The notes: generated by a model from the sequence alone, not told the origin. Numbered from the stretch's first letter, positions 41,201 through 56,200 are shown. The stretch is 64,000 nt of DNA from Somniosus microcephalus (GCA_052327205.1 CM126234.1:27032001-27096000); one strand, 5' to 3'. Program-made: numbers and translations.

Positions 41201-44200
41201 CAGTTCCTCATCATGCTACAGTTGAAACCAAGAACTTGCTGCTTGAGGAACTGCTTGATCTATCCTCCCATTTTGTGGCATTGCACTGCAGTTTTTAAAA
41301 TTACTGTTTACTGAAGTGCGCAGCTAGTTGTATAATTGAGAGTGGGGTGTTTGTGAGAATTGGTTTTGAAATGTTTGAATGGTAGAGTATATTTCCTGCT
41401 GTTGCAGGATATCGATCTGTGGTTTGGGGCTCTCTTGATATTCTGTGGGAGCAGAATTTATTTCAAGTGCTATATTTTGTTGTCACTTTCATATGTAAGA
41501 TAGCAAAATGCAGAAGCACACACAAATTCATCTCGATGTGTTGACTATGTATCTAAAATGTGGGGAACAGTTGACCACCTGTATTGAGTAATAGATATCT
41601 GGGAATAGTTGGAAATAGCTAACTGGTAATGATGTGGTTTGGAGCGGTTATCTGATGCCAGAGGTTAATTGAAGTAGCTTACTGCTTACTATAATGCGTA
41701 TGGTTTTGATTTTATGTGGGCGCTTTAACCTGTCTTGGGCAATATGTAGGCTGGCAGCATTATGTGTCCATGATGCAAGATGATCACTAAAGATGATGAT
41801 TAATTTCAGATTAACGCGAAGTAGCCTGCAATTGTCCCTTGTCCAGTTCATTTTTCAAGATTCTTTACTGAAGCTGTAGCATTGCTGTGATTGAGCGTTC
41901 GGGCATTTACAACACCAGTCAAAATGTTAAATTCCAATTTCAGCTTCAACCCTGTGCCTCTTGATCCTGTTGAGTTGCCTTTGTCGCTTCAATTTTAAAT
42001 CAACCTAGTGATGTAACAGCAATAATGAGCTCCAAATGTGCATATCTGTCTAGACTCGTGAATGTCGGTCAGTTTTCTTTTTCTTTTGGCTAAGTCTCTG
42101 TTTTCTCCTTTTCTAATTGGTAAATAATGAAAGTAGAAAATAACCAATCACAGTGCATAAAACCTTTCTTCCAAAAATTCTGACCAGTCATATTGCAGCA
42201 GCAGATCTAACCAATTGCATTGCATCAAAGTTGATTTGAGCAGTCTCGTTGTCGCAAAGAGGGCCTGGCCAGTCGCATTGCCGCAAAGGGGGTCTGAGCA
42301 GTCGCATTGCCGCAAAGGGGGTCTGAGCAGTCGCATTGCCGCAAAGGGGGTCTGAGCAGTCGCATTGCCGCAAAGGGGGTCTGAGCAGTCGCATTGCCGC
42401 AAAGGGGGTCTGAGCAGTCGCATTGCAGCGAAGGGGGTCTGAGCAGTCGTATTGCAGCAAAGAGGTTCTGATCAGTCCAGTTGCATTGCAGCAAAGAGGG
42501 CCTGGCCAGTCTCACTGCAGCAGAGGGGGCTCGTGGCCAGTCGCATGGCAGCAAGGGGGCGCGTGGCCAGTCGCATGGCAGCAAGGGGGCGCGTGGCCAG
42601 TCGCATGGCAGCAAGGGGGCGCGTGGCCAGTCTCATTGCAGCAAGGGGGCGCGTGGCCAGTCGCATTGCAGCAAGGGGGCACGTGGCCAGTCGCATTGCA
42701 GCAAGGGGGCGCGTGGCCAGTCGCATTGCAGCAAGGGAGCGCGTGGCCAGTCGCATTGCAGCAAGGGGGCACGTGGCCAGTCGCATTGCAGCAAGGGGGC
42801 ACGTGGCCAGTCGCATTGCAGCAAGGGGCACGTGGCCAGTCGCATTGCAGCAAAGCGGTGTTTAACTAGTTGCATTGCAGGAATTTAAAAAACGCTTAGT
42901 GAGGCCAGCCGCATCACAGCAAAAAGAATTGTGAGTAGCCATGACACTCGCCGCTCGGACTCTGGACAGCTTTGTTACTTTAAATGTTGCAAATTCTGAA
43001 GCGAGTGAGGATTACTATATGCTCTTAAAATAAAATGGGAAATTACTCTATAAACTTATCTTTAAGGCGCAAATGTTATACCGCATTTTGGGGTCAATGT
43101 ATGGCGTGGCTGTTTTACACGCGAATGGAAGAGTGCTTCTTTAGATAGTAGAGTTTCAATACAATACTTGACTACAGTACTTGCAATGCTGTCTCGTTCC
43201 TTGCTGTAGCCCCGCAGGTTCCACGGAATGTACTCTGCTTCAGCAAAAGGACACTGCTTTGACCCTGCCAGACACTCGCCTCCGTCACCCCAGTCTAGTA
43301 GCCACTAGCGTTGAAATGTTTTAATCGCACAGCAATTGATTTAGCACTCTGGTTACCTTTGTCCCAAAGGGTAAAACCCAACATTTGCATGACTTGTTAT
43401 TCATTATTGCTTAATTTAGTAACTGACAACCTGTGTAATCTTCAAAACTTTCTCTTTCCCCTCCCCCAAGTCAGAGGCTCTTCATACTACAAGTGTCAAC
43501 GCAGTTGCTACCTTGTGTGTCTCGAAGCACTTCACAAACAAAGAATAACTGAAATATTGTGACTGTCGTGTTGCCAAATGCAGTAGCTATTTTCTGTACA
43601 GCAAGATCCCACAAACAGCATTGAAAGAATTTGTTGTGGCTTACTAGACAAATGAGACATGTTTTATGTTTAATGAGCATTCGGGTTATAATTAGTGCTT
43701 CATTTAGGAGCTAGGTATATCTGCTAACTGTTGTGACTTTTGTATCATGTGTTGCTAGTTACAGCATCTCAACAACTTTAGCACAATTTTATTGAAATTT
43801 TGCAGCCTTCTGGAAAATGTCATTGTTTATATACAGGATAATACAAAGTGGTGAATGTAAAGATTATCTATAAGTGAAGTGTTCATCATTTCACCAACAT
43901 AAGTGAGTTTGATCAAAGGATTGTGCACAGCAAGGTTTGCTTTTTGTTTTTAAACTGGTCAAATCACAAAAAAAAACACACTAACTTGAGACTTCATGTT
44001 ACAGCAGCCATAACTTCAGTCGTGAGATTACAACTGGGCTATCTTCATTTGGCCAGGTTACAACGGAGTTGAATTCCACCCTTATCCCTCTGTTTAGGCA
44101 ATGGGTCAGATGAGGCATTGGCTAAAGCTGCTATTAAGCTGTGATTCAAAACAAGATTCCCTTTTTTTTTAATGAATGTTTTTTCCTCTTTTTCTTTTCC

Positions 44201-47200
44201 ACCTAAAAAATAAAAATTTAAAGACATGCTTAAATTTCTATCTACAGCATTTCTGGACACAGTTGGATTCCACTATTTAATGGAAAATCCAAGTTAAATT
44301 TGAATATGGGCAGAGAAATGGCAATTCTGCTAGTGTGCGGGGTTTAGCGCGCTATTTTGCCTTCCAGTTTTTAAAATGACTGCGGAGGTTCTTCACGAAA
44401 CTCTGCAGGCATCTTATTTGGAGGAATTCAAATGGAGGTGTCCATATGAGATGAGGGCAAAGATGGGTGGGACCAGGCAACAAGGTTGATTAGAGAATGG
44501 TGGTTTCCCCTCTGGAACCTCCATCGCAAACTATAATGATGAACGCCTTTACTCTGCTGGCGTAAAAGACTCGGTTCCATTTGGTCAGTCATTGGGATAA
44601 CTATGGAGATGAAAAATCAGGAATGTCCTCTAAACTGGAAGCATGTATCTGTTTTCTCTTGGGCTTTGTACATTGATGGCACTGAAGCTAATTTAGTGAC
44701 GGTTCTATTGTAGGAAAGCAGGGCACGTCAATTTTTCATGAATTCAACCTCCACATACAGACGAGTAGGTTTTCTCTCAAATGGGAAAACCACTGGGACA
44801 GAATACTTTTGAGTATTGGTACAACCATATTAATGTGGCCTCCTTACCTGGTGGAGAGGTGGTGTGATACGTGCAAGCTTTGTTCTGGAAGTATTTCTCA
44901 GTTTGTACTCTTATTGTTGGTTGCAGTACAGTTTGTAATGAGAAAAAAAATCTGCTAGAATAATTTTAAGCTAAAACTCTGGTCATTGCATGTCTTGGTT
45001 GTGACTTTTTATTTTTGTGAAGTCGCTGTACAGTTTTATTGCATGGTGCTTGTGGGAGAATACATTGGTGTTGCTACATGCATGTCTTTTTATGACTTCT
45101 CTCTCAGCCATTTTTTTTCTAATTTAAGTAAAACTTTTACTTTCAGTGATTTCAAATTTTGCAAAACCAGGATTTGCTTTTAGTCCTGGAACATGCTCCA
45201 CGATTTTTGCCATCCTATTTTGTCGGTCAGGGTCTGTCACTGAATTGACATCTGACTCATCCTTGAACTCAGTCCTGGTTTTTTTTTTCTCTCTGTCTCT
45301 GTCTCTCTCTCTTCCCCTCCCCCTCCCTTCTCAATCTGCACATCTTGTCTTGGATCCTTTATGTGGCAGACACTCTACTGACCCATGATTTCCAGAACAC
45401 TCTGCTTAATTCAGCAGCAAGGCCAGTTATGAGAGTGCATTTCACTGGAAGGAAATTCTTCCAAGTCCATGTGGCTTTCCTTGAAACATGGCAGCAAGAG
45501 ACCGCGAGTTCCAGCTTGTCTCAGCACAGCTCCAGGTCAGATAATCCAGCATAACGAGTGGCCCAGAAGAACAATGCAGTTGAATTCTGTTCCTTGTCAC
45601 TTTATGAAGCTGGGCCGATGTGTTGTGTATCCACCAGGATGCACTCTCTTCAGCTGAAGCTATAGAATTACTCAATGTTGGGGTTCTCCAGGTCCTCAAA
45701 TGTCTTGTGATAGTAGAGTTCAAGTCACGAAACTGTTAACGTATCAATCGTCGCATCTAGAGGGAAATCGGCACGCATGCACAGCACACAACTGGGACTA
45801 ATCTGACCGACAGCACTACAATAAATGTAGCATTGGCCATTACACTGGTGCCAAACAGACTCCAAATTAAAGGCAATATTTATTTTACTGCTGGAGCCAG
45901 CAATGCTAACATTGGCTGACAGCAACTTGCATCAATGTTCTGGCTCCAAAAGTTTTCTTAAGCATGTTCCCCCAGTCACACACTGATGAACTGAGTCATG
46001 CAGACCAGGAAGGTTCCAGGTTTGATCCCTGGTCTGTGTCGAGTAGAATCTTGGTCAAGGTGGCATTTGCGGTGCGACATTTGGCCTCGGCACCACTGGC
46101 TTATGGAGAAGCAAATCGGCCAAGATTTCTGCTCTTTATCACCTTCCAGGACCCATGCTGACATCACGTTAAGATAAGCTGGGACTCCCTCTGATGTCCT
46201 CCATGGTCAATTAGCATGGCAGCATTCACTATTTTGGCTCGTACATGAATGGCAACTTGGGCAAGGTACAGGAGGCTGACTGGCACTGGAACAAGCAGGT
46301 AACGCCTTCAGGAGAGGAGGCAAGAGATTTTCTTGAGGTTCTTCAATTCTTCTACTTGGTCTTGCATTAGGCAGAATTTGTGCGGTCCTGGGCCATAGCA
46401 TTGGGTGTTTTGGTGACGTGACTAGATGTTGCCTGTGTGGAGGCCTGTTGACTTATCTTCCAGTCCCATTTTAGCTGCAGAAGACGTTGCGGGCCTTGGT
46501 TAACTCCCGTTAACAAAAGTTCCTGGATTATGTGAATGCAATGCTTTTTTAATATAAGATTTTCAGGTATGTGGGAAAAAAATTATGTCCCTGTGAAAAA
46601 TTGCACATGGCTGGTATGGTCATGGTGAAGTCAAACAAGATGATGCCAGTGCTTCTATTCAGTATCATGTTGATCAGATGGGTCACAGAATAATTCTTGT
46701 TGGTGTGTATTTTGAGTTGATTGGCCCAGGGTCATCCTTGTCCGTCTGGTGGTTGGGTTAGTGAAGAAGACCCAAACAACTGGCGCATGTCGGGCGGGTA
46801 GTTGAGCGACATGTCCGAAGTAACAACATGCTTAGTTGTCCAGTGTTGCATGTAACAGATTGGTATTTGTGGTGCATTCAGTTGATGTGGAGTAGGCGAT
46901 TGCTTTTTAAGGCTGATAATGACTGTAGTTGAAATCTAACCAGAGACCAGTTTCATTGCCATATTGCAACGTTGATGCTACAGCAGCCCCAAAAAAAGGA
47001 AACTTCCACCTTCAGGCTACCAGTTCTGTTCCACCATAGGTGCTGTTGAAGGCTGCACATGACGGATGCAGCAAGATTAATTCTTCATTTTACTTCCATC
47101 CATGGTAATATTGCAGTAATGGATGCAGATACCAAAGTAGATGAACTGTTTGAAGTACTTAATGGTGTTATTTCTGACTTGCAGATAGGCAGCTGATGGT

Positions 47201-50200
47201 GACTGTTAATGGAAGTGCATTGCCCTCGTCCTGGACCAAATGGTTCTCATTGCAAATTTGACAGTTTCTTTGACGGACGTTTGCAGGTCTCTGAAACATG
47301 TTCGTTTTCACCAAAAATGACCAGCACAGTTAAAGGTTTTTGCTGCTGTGAATTTCAGCCTTTGATCCAGTTATGATTGCCATCAGAATTCTGTGCATAA
47401 CTCTGTTGAATTCTAAGCCATTAAACATCCTTGACAAACACCTGACTTAGTGCAAAGCGCAATGGTCAGTTGATTGCCAACACAAATTTACTCAGTACTG
47501 TCACCATACAACAATTAAAACGTTTGTAAATCTTTTGCTGGCACACTCAAGTCAGCCAGCAGCAGCTGCCACAAAGCCTTGTGGTTGACAAAAGCAATGG
47601 CCTTTTTGCGATCAACAGAGGATGTGTAAAACAGTCTGTTGAATCTCGTACTTATTGTGGCAATAGTCTTGTGGGAAAAAAATCAGTAGAGTTCCCTGGC
47701 ATGAAGCCAAACTGTTGGTGCCTTTGAGACTGGAGGTATTGTACGCTTCTGCTGATCAGTACTATTGCGAAGCCTTTGCCAGGAGTTGATGGCAAAATCC
47801 CATAATACATGGAGCAATTGAAGTGGCATCCTCCTTAAAAAGAAATAATTGTTTGTAGCCAGTCAGGAAATTGGCTCTGCCTGCCACTCTGCATTGACTA
47901 AATATTGTAGTTGATCCACCATTTGCTGACCGCTGAGTTTATTCATATCCTGGGTCGGATTGCCACAGTGTGGGCTCTTCCCATTTTCAGCTGGTGAATT
48001 GCTTGCACAACTTTGGTCTGAGTGTGAATTTATTTGGATTTTCAGTTGCACTTGATTAAGTTTTTAAGGAAAGTTTAAGGTTCTTGAGGTTAATGGTGAA
48101 TGAGTTAGTTGAATTGAAAACTGGCTTGACGCTAGGAAGCAGAAAATGGTGATTAAATGGAAAAAGTTCTGACTGGAGGGCATTGAACAGTATTCCAGCA
48201 AAGAATTACAGGAAGCTGGACAGATGGGGAAAAGCATCTTTAAGGCCACGGAACCTTTCAGAATGAGGACTACTTACAACGACCAAAGGTTAAAATGTTC
48301 TACAAGCAAGTAGCACAGACTCTAACTCCTGATGTCTCCTTGGACAGATCATTGACCAAAGTTAAGCAGACAGTTAAACCGTTGCAGCTATCTACCACTA
48401 ATACCCTACAAAAGAGTATGGATTGTCAGTCCGTGGTATATTGCTGTGCAGGTAAAGGTCAAATTGTTAGCCCTTGTCCTCTAAGGAAAGGATCTGTATG
48501 GTAACAGATAGTGACTAAGAAAGTACCAGCAAAGTTTAAAGGCGATCCCTGTTGTGGCTCCAGCGCACTCTGATATGCCCAGACTTGGAAGGATTTCCTT
48601 TTGTGGCAGAGGAACTTCTGCAGCCTCTGGTCCCCCTACCTGCCTCCATTAATTACCTTCATGTTGTGATGGTAAATCCAACTTATTTATTTTGCCCTGC
48701 AACTAGAGAAGTCATAGGACCAAGTCTGACATTTTTCTCTGGATCTGCAGTCAATAGCTGGGAGTTACTAGGGAATGTTGCAGCTCATTCCACTTTAATT
48801 CTTGCCTGAGCTAGGATGCAGTTGGTTTCTTCTGACATTTTAATTTTCTCTTGCTTCATTTATGGTCACAGCTTGTAACACTCTAAAGAGAACCGAATGC
48901 CACCATCATTCCACCCAGCTTTATTTGGTAACAAAACATTAATTAAACCCATTAAAACAGCATCTAGCTAACCGGGTTGCAGAGCACGTTTATTTGTCCA
49001 CTTACTGGAGACCAACAAGAATAGTGTGAACTCCTTCTACTTGTAATGTGATCACATGAACCAGGAGGCACTAGGTTTCTTTTGACACTGCAAAGCAGCT
49101 TCAGAGAGTAATGCACGTGCTTTTTATGAATTCTTGATTGGACAGCTTAAGGTGATGAGTGCTCTGGCACTGCTGTGTTCAGTCTTTGAGAATGTCACCT
49201 CTTGTTTACAGTGCAACTTTTACCCATTTGTGTGTGGAGTTTGAACAATGAGGAAGAAAGTTACATTACCTTCCTTTGGTATGGCGTTCCTCATTCTATT
49301 GTAGTTCAGCCTCCATATGCAAAGCTTCCTCCATCTAATGTAGTGCAAACTTGGAACTTCCTTTTAAGTCTTGTATTTAACTTTCTGATTATCAACTCTC
49401 TAAATCTGCTGCAGCCTTCTTTCAAGCGAACTGAGGTATGCTCCCAGAATGAGGCCTATATATGCAGTGGAGTGGGGGAAGGTCACGTGACTGTCATGGC
49501 CTTGTGTGGTGCCAAACTTGTAAAAGGTACACGGTCCTGGTATTTTTACCACCTCATTTCAACGAGGACTTATTTGTATGTGGATTTTGAACTACCTTCA
49601 AAAAAAAATGAGGATGATGGTACCTAAGGTAGGTAATTTACATTTGTTGTGCTATGTCCCACTCTGCTTTTAAAAATGGAGATTCTGATATTAGACATAA
49701 TGAAGAGTAATTTTATAAGTATATACACACTTGGAAATTTTACTTTCCGGTATGATTTGTAGGTTAGCAGAGATTTTTTTCTTAACCTTCCATATCTGAC
49801 AGGAAGCGTTCTTTGGAAAGTCACTGCTGGACAGCAGTCGGAAAGTTTGCCTCAGCTCAGAGGGTTTCTCTGACAATGAAAGCACTGAGTTTCCACAAGC
49901 CACGCCTCAATCGGACTCGGCACCTCAGCAGAAGGAACCAACTGACGAAAAGCATGATGGAGCCCAGGAGAGGGGTGAGGGGCTTAGCAACAGTATTGAT
50001 ATTTTTTAATATATTTCAGTTCTGGGCCTTAGCACATAATTTAAAAGATCAAATTTGACAAAATCCTAGAAATCTGAACTTATATTTTTGTTGTACGTTC
50101 TGAGCATTGGTTCAGGGCCTAATTTTGAAGTAACCGATTGCAATAGTCACATGAAAAGCACTTTGAATGAATAGTCCAGGATAAATTCATATAATGACTT

Positions 50201-53200
50201 TATTCTTGAGTATTCATGGAAAAATGCATCTTGGCCCCAAAATGCATACAGGGGAAGGGATATTAGCTTGTGGGTAGTCCATTAGAGCCACTAAGGTCTT
50301 GCATAACAAAATGGCAGGTCTCTGATCTGAATCTACAATTTTCCACATGTTGAATTCACAACATCAGTCGTGCTGTTATAGAGGAGGACTTGCATTGGAG
50401 GCCACCTGTTTATCTCGTGTGGAAGGAGAAAGACCCCTTGAGCTTCCCTTCTGCACCTTCTAGCATCTGGTTTTGAGCGTGGCAGTCGTGACCACCTGGT
50501 GATGACGCATAACATGGCGAGCCTCGAGAAAGAGGAATGTCTTCTCCCATCTCCCGGAAAATTTTTTTTGGCATGATGGAGGTCCAGCTTTTGACTTCCA
50601 GGAACCCATTTTATTGCTTTCAGTACAGTGGTGGGGCAATTGTACTGAAATCCAAAACGGAGTGATGAAACATTTTTCAGTGCCCAGTAAACAAAAAAGC
50701 AAGACGACAGCTGTGATTGGGTTGCACTTGATGAATTTAAACCTGCTAAGGGGTTCAGAAATAAGAGGATAAGACCACTGCAGTACCCAAAAGTATTTTT
50801 CATTTTCCATTTATTTCCCTTTTTTCAAATTCCCTTTGTTTTACTGCAGTGTCTTATTTCTGCATAATAATACCTTGTTACAGAAAGTGGCTATTACAGC
50901 AATTCAATGTTAGTTCACTGTAGTTCCATTCAGTGAGGAGAATCAGTATAAGTAAGTTGGTAGTATAATGGCTGGACTGCACTACAAAAAAAAAAAAAAA
51001 AAAAAAAAAAATCTGTTGACCTGAATTTATTTTAAAAAAAAGGGGCTTGGATCAATTGAACCTGCCTCTTGCATCACTGATACCACTTTGCACCTCTGCA
51101 TCAGATAGTTTATTAAAACAAAAACCTCAACCATTTCAGGACTCACAAGAAAGCTACTTGTATGAATAGAATAATTAATTTGCATTTATATTACATATAT
51201 AAAACAAGGATGTAAATCCCTATCGCTCAGTCCCTTCATTATCATCTTTAATGATGGAGGATATTGTTGACCAGATTTTGCACACCAACGCATTCCTGTC
51301 ATGATGGCGGCGAATGGGTAAAGACGAGTCCCCCGAAGAATTTGAAAACACAGAAGCATATCAAATATGTATTTCCTACTTGTGCAAGAACAGGAAATTG
51401 AGTTGGTGCAAGTGTACGAGTTTGAAACTCAGGTTGAACTAAAAATACTTAACAAACTAAATGATTGTTTCCTGGAAGTATTCATTGGAGAAAACAATAG
51501 CATGCCACTCATTGCAGGAGGTTCTAGATGCCAGTGTCCAGCAAATTTGGTTCACTTAATATGACATTAAGCAGCAGCTAAGTGCACTGGATACAGCAAA
51601 CGCTAGGGCCCTGACAACATCCTGGCTGTAGTGCTGAAGACCTGTGCATTAGCACTAGCCACTCCCCATGTCGAGCTGTTCCAGTACACCTATGCCATTG
51701 GTATCTACTCGACAATATGGAGGATTGCCCAGGTATGTCCTATCCACAAAAAAGGATAAATCTAATCCAGCAATTACAGTCCTATTGACCCCCTTCTAAT
51801 CATCAGTAAAATGTTAAAGGAGTTAACACTAGTGCCATCAATTGACACCTACTCACCAATAACCTGTTCATCGCTCAGTTGGGATTCTGCTAGAACCACT
51901 CTTGCTCCAGACATGAATGCAAGAGCTGAATGCCAAAGAAGAGGTCAGAGTAGCTGTCCTTGATGTTAAGGCAGTATTTGACCGAGTGTGACCCCTAGGA
52001 GCTTTAGCAAAACTGAGATCAATGGGGTCAGAGAGAAAATGGTCCAGTTGCTGGAGTCACATTTGACATACAGGAAGATGTTTGTCGAAAGTCAACCATC
52101 GCAGCCCCCAGGGCAGTTTCTGCTGGCGTTCCTCAGGAAAGCGTCCTTGGCCCAATCATTTTCAGCTGCTTCATCAATGACCTTCCCTCATCATAAGGTC
52201 ATGAGTAGGGCTATTCACTGATGATCACACCTCCATTCATAACTCCTCCGACAATGAAGAAGCCCTTGCCCGCCTATAGCAGAGCCTGGACAACGTCCAA
52301 GGTCGGCTGACAAGTGGCAGTAACATTTACACCGTATAAGTGCCAGACAATGGCCATCTCAAACGAGACATCCCAGCCTTCTCCCCTTGACCTTCAATGA
52401 CACCACCATTGTCAAACCCTTTTATTTTGGGTGCGGGACATATCAACACTGGTTATAAAAGCAAGGCAGAAGCTTGTTACTCTGCAGTGAGTGGCGCACC
52501 TCCTGACCCTGCAAAGCCTCTCCAGCATCTACAAGGCTTAAGTGAAGAGTTTGGTGGAATACTCACCATTCTCTTGGATGGGTGCAGCTACAACAACGCT
52601 CGAGAAGCTCAACATCATCCAGGGCAGAGCAGTTTACTTGATTGGCGCCCCTACTACGGGGACTCCAATGTATTGTCTGTAGTATGCAGGGCTACAGGAT
52701 GCACCGCAGCAACTCGCCAAGGTTACATCGACAGCAGCTCCCTCTCCTGCGACCTCCACCGAGAAGGGCAAGAGCAGCAATGTTGCGGGAACACCATCGT
52801 CTCCAAGTTCCCCTCCAAGTCCCACACCATCCTGGCTTGGACATGCATTAGCGTTACTTCATCATCACTGAGGCAACATCCTGGAATTCCCTACCTAATC
52901 CCATTGTGGGAGCACCATCACCACAAGGACTGTAACAGTCCAAGGAAAAGGCCCACCACCACCAGCTCAGGGCAGGCAAGGATGGGCAATAAATGCAGCC
53001 CTTGCCAGTGTCGCCCACATCCCAAGAATAAATAGTAAAAAATCTTGAATAACTTACACAGGTCCTAGACAGGCTGAAGGGGCACAAAACCAAGAAATCC
53101 TTAGGGGTGATGGCATATACCTGAGGGTGCAAAGTGAGATTAGAGATGAAATTTGCAAAGTGCTGACTTATCACGAGGGAGTCAATCAATAAAAGGGAAA

Positions 53201-56200
53201 TTCCACTAAATTGGAAATGAGCCACTGTGGTACCTTCTCGAAAAAAGGCGATGGAACAAACCCAGGTCACTGCAGCCCTATTAGCCTTGTGCCAATAACT
53301 GGCAGTATAAAGTTCCGAATAAAAGGCTAAACTAGTTTAAGGCAGTGTGTATCCTAGGTAAAACTTGGAGCTGGCTAAGTAATTGGCTTAGAAAGGAAAT
53401 TGCAGGTACCAGTTTGAGGAGTGGTTTGGGATTGTTACGTGCACCAGTGATCAGTGGTGAGACCACTAATGTTTCTAATCTACATAAATCATCTGAATTC
53501 AGAAATACAGTGCCAGTTAGTCAGATTTGCAGAATTTCTGAACAATGCCAGTGAAATGATATTGAGTTAACATAAAAGTAAGCCAATGAGCTATTTATTT
53601 AGTATCTGTTGAACTGATTTTATTTTTCCTATTGACTATTACTGAGGATTAATTTTTCTATATCGATAATTTCCATTTAATTACAGCAGCCCCTGATACA
53701 AAGACAATCCAAGGCCCCCTTGAACGTAACGGAGAACCAATCCCAGATGAGCCACCTAAAACTGAAGAAACTCAGCCAGATGGAATGGGTAAGTAGGGAG
53801 GAGGAGAAAATGCGTAATTGTAATAAATTGTGTTTTTTTTGTAGACTGCCTAAACAAAATGCACTATTACAGCTGTATTCCCCTCATCCTAAGGTTTTGG
53901 TAGCACCCTGTATTAAATCCAGAAGCTGATTGTGATCTGATAGGAATTCAGGATTCATAAATACAGAGAATAAGTGCACTATGCAAAGGCTATTGATTAA
54001 AATTCCAAATTAAATTAGCTATCCCCTGGTAAAACAATTTTGAGTACAAAGTCCAGTGATGCAGTGTGTGGTACTGTTGCGCTGTTCCATAGAATGGTTG
54101 GGCAAGGTATCCAGCCAGAATGTGGGGTGCTTGCTGATTTGGGAAGCGAAGTTGTAAGACAACTACCATAAATGTATTTCTAAGGGTCTCCGTTTATATG
54201 TTTCTTGTGGTTGGGCATTGAATGACTTTGGCAAAGGCTTTGAACAGGCTGTTTTCCCTCTTGTGCTTGGGCGTAGCACAGAAAAATCTAAAAGGACGGC
54301 TATCTTTTTTAATGTAATTAAAAACAGTATGCCGAGCACACACTTCCTGTCGGTCACACTACAAGTGTCATACTGCAAATTACCGTATCCTCCTTTAAAA
54401 AAAAAAAAAAAAAGTATAAAGAATCAAAGCCAGCTCTTGACATGTACAAATTTCTGCAGCAATTGAAAATACCTTAATTGACAGGAGCCTGACTGACGTT
54501 GCCAATCACACTTCATGAATCTAGGGTTAATAACCTACAGCCTGAAGAGCAATGAAACTTTGAGCTCAACCAGTGTTGACTTAATATTTCGATTTCGTAG
54601 CCTTAAAGGAGCACAGCTTCAACTTAGCAGAATAATATACTGTGAATTATGTGGCACGACACTGCTGTTACAAAACAGCGTAACATCCAGCTGAATACGC
54701 AGAGGACATTTAAGTGATGTACTGTAGTAAGCTGCGCTATTTTATCTGGTTCTACTCGAGCAGTACCCCTGTGCACACTTGGAGGTCAAGAAACCTTGGC
54801 TCTGCCAACCTGTGCCTAAATTTTCTGAACCTGGGTAAGTGGGATGTCTCCCTGTGGGAACTGTATGCAATCCACATTGGGCAAACAGAGACCCTACAGG
54901 AGGGTATAGAGTTTCAGCAACATGATTTGGGTGATCGGTTTCTGTGGATCTTAAACACCTGCTGACCACAAAACAAGTTTGTGTAGTCTCAATCTTGTTC
55001 CTGGTGGGCATGGGCCTACAGCACAAAACTACCCCGAATGTAGCACTTATTGGCAGTCACTCAGACAGGCCGAAGGATGGTTGGTGCGGGGGGGGGGGGG
55101 GGAGGGAGTGCCCAACTGGTGCAGTCTTGTGAAGTCTGGGCTAAGGCACAATATTGGAGCAGTGTGAAGGGAGCTTTGTTCTGTCTCTGCCTGTGCTGTA
55201 CTTTTCATGGAGTGCATGATGCTGACACTGGATGTCTGAAGTAGAAATTGCTCCGCTCGGCAGCATTGCCATTGCTTGCCTTGAGCACAAAGTGTCACTT
55301 ACTGTAACGCTTTCCTGTTGAATCTATAGTTTCCACTTTTTCCATCTGGCTTGCTTGTTACGTTGTGATTAAACTTAACTTATTAATTTTACTTGCCTCT
55401 CATTGGGTCTTCATTTTTGGCTTCCACGTTAGGTGGTGTTTTTGTACACTTGGCTCCGAGACCTCCCAGATCAGTTTACAAAATAGGTGGCGCTGTTGTC
55501 CACAGTGCCACCTGTCTTGGGAGTAGGTAACACTGGACACGTAGCTTGCTGCTGTTGCCCCTCAGCTACCATCACTCCATTCATTCCCCACCACCCCTTT
55601 CCGCAGTCGTGAAAGCTTCATTCTTAGCGTTGCCATGAACTGCTCTAAAGATCCTTAATGTTTTCAGCACTTATTTTTAAAAAAAAAAGTAAAAGCATTG
55701 AAAATAAGCTTAAGGAACTTCAGCTTTGGCACTGTGGATGGGTTGTTTGGGCCTTGAGGTTGAGGATCAGGGTTCAGTTGTGGCAGTCTCGAGAGGAGGA
55801 GACGGTCACAGGAGGTGGTGGTAGCGGTGCCCGGATTGATTTCCCCAACAGTGACCTGTGAAAACCTTGGTGTGTGGTGTGTGTGTGTGTGGTGGTTTTT
55901 TGCCCTCGAATAACTGCCGAGGCGCTCGTTTTACACGAAATTCCCCTGGCTTGAGCACCTTTATACCACTCCTTGCCCCCTGTCCCACTCCACACAACCA
56001 TCCCTTTTCTTTCCACGGCTGCCCCCACCCCTGAGACAACCCCAGCACCGCAATTCTGTCAAAAGTACTCTGCGACCTCCCTGTTCGGACTCCCACACCC
56101 AGCATCCCTCTTCCCAAAGCTCCCATGTTGCCAGTGCCGTCTTAGTACTGATTTATTCCCAGTCCATCCTCCCACCATTGCCATACACATCAGCCTGGGG

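Noticed and set aside
42185-42880. CRISPR-like array, or a repeat protein from the many overlapping ORFs
   Set aside because: Linkers are near-identical rather than unique spacers, there are no cas genes, and the context is a vertebrate intron. The ORFs are a by-product of stop-free tandem units.
44841-44880. U1 snRNA-like start (cttacctgg)
   Set aside because: Similarity stops after 9 nt, with no stem-loops or Sm site.
50681-50775. Candidate exon after catttttcag
   Set aside because: No convincing phase-1 donor before an in-frame stop.
52397-53035. 212-aa ORF as an independent gene
   Set aside because: It lies inside a degraded LINE and has no recognisable domain in that frame.
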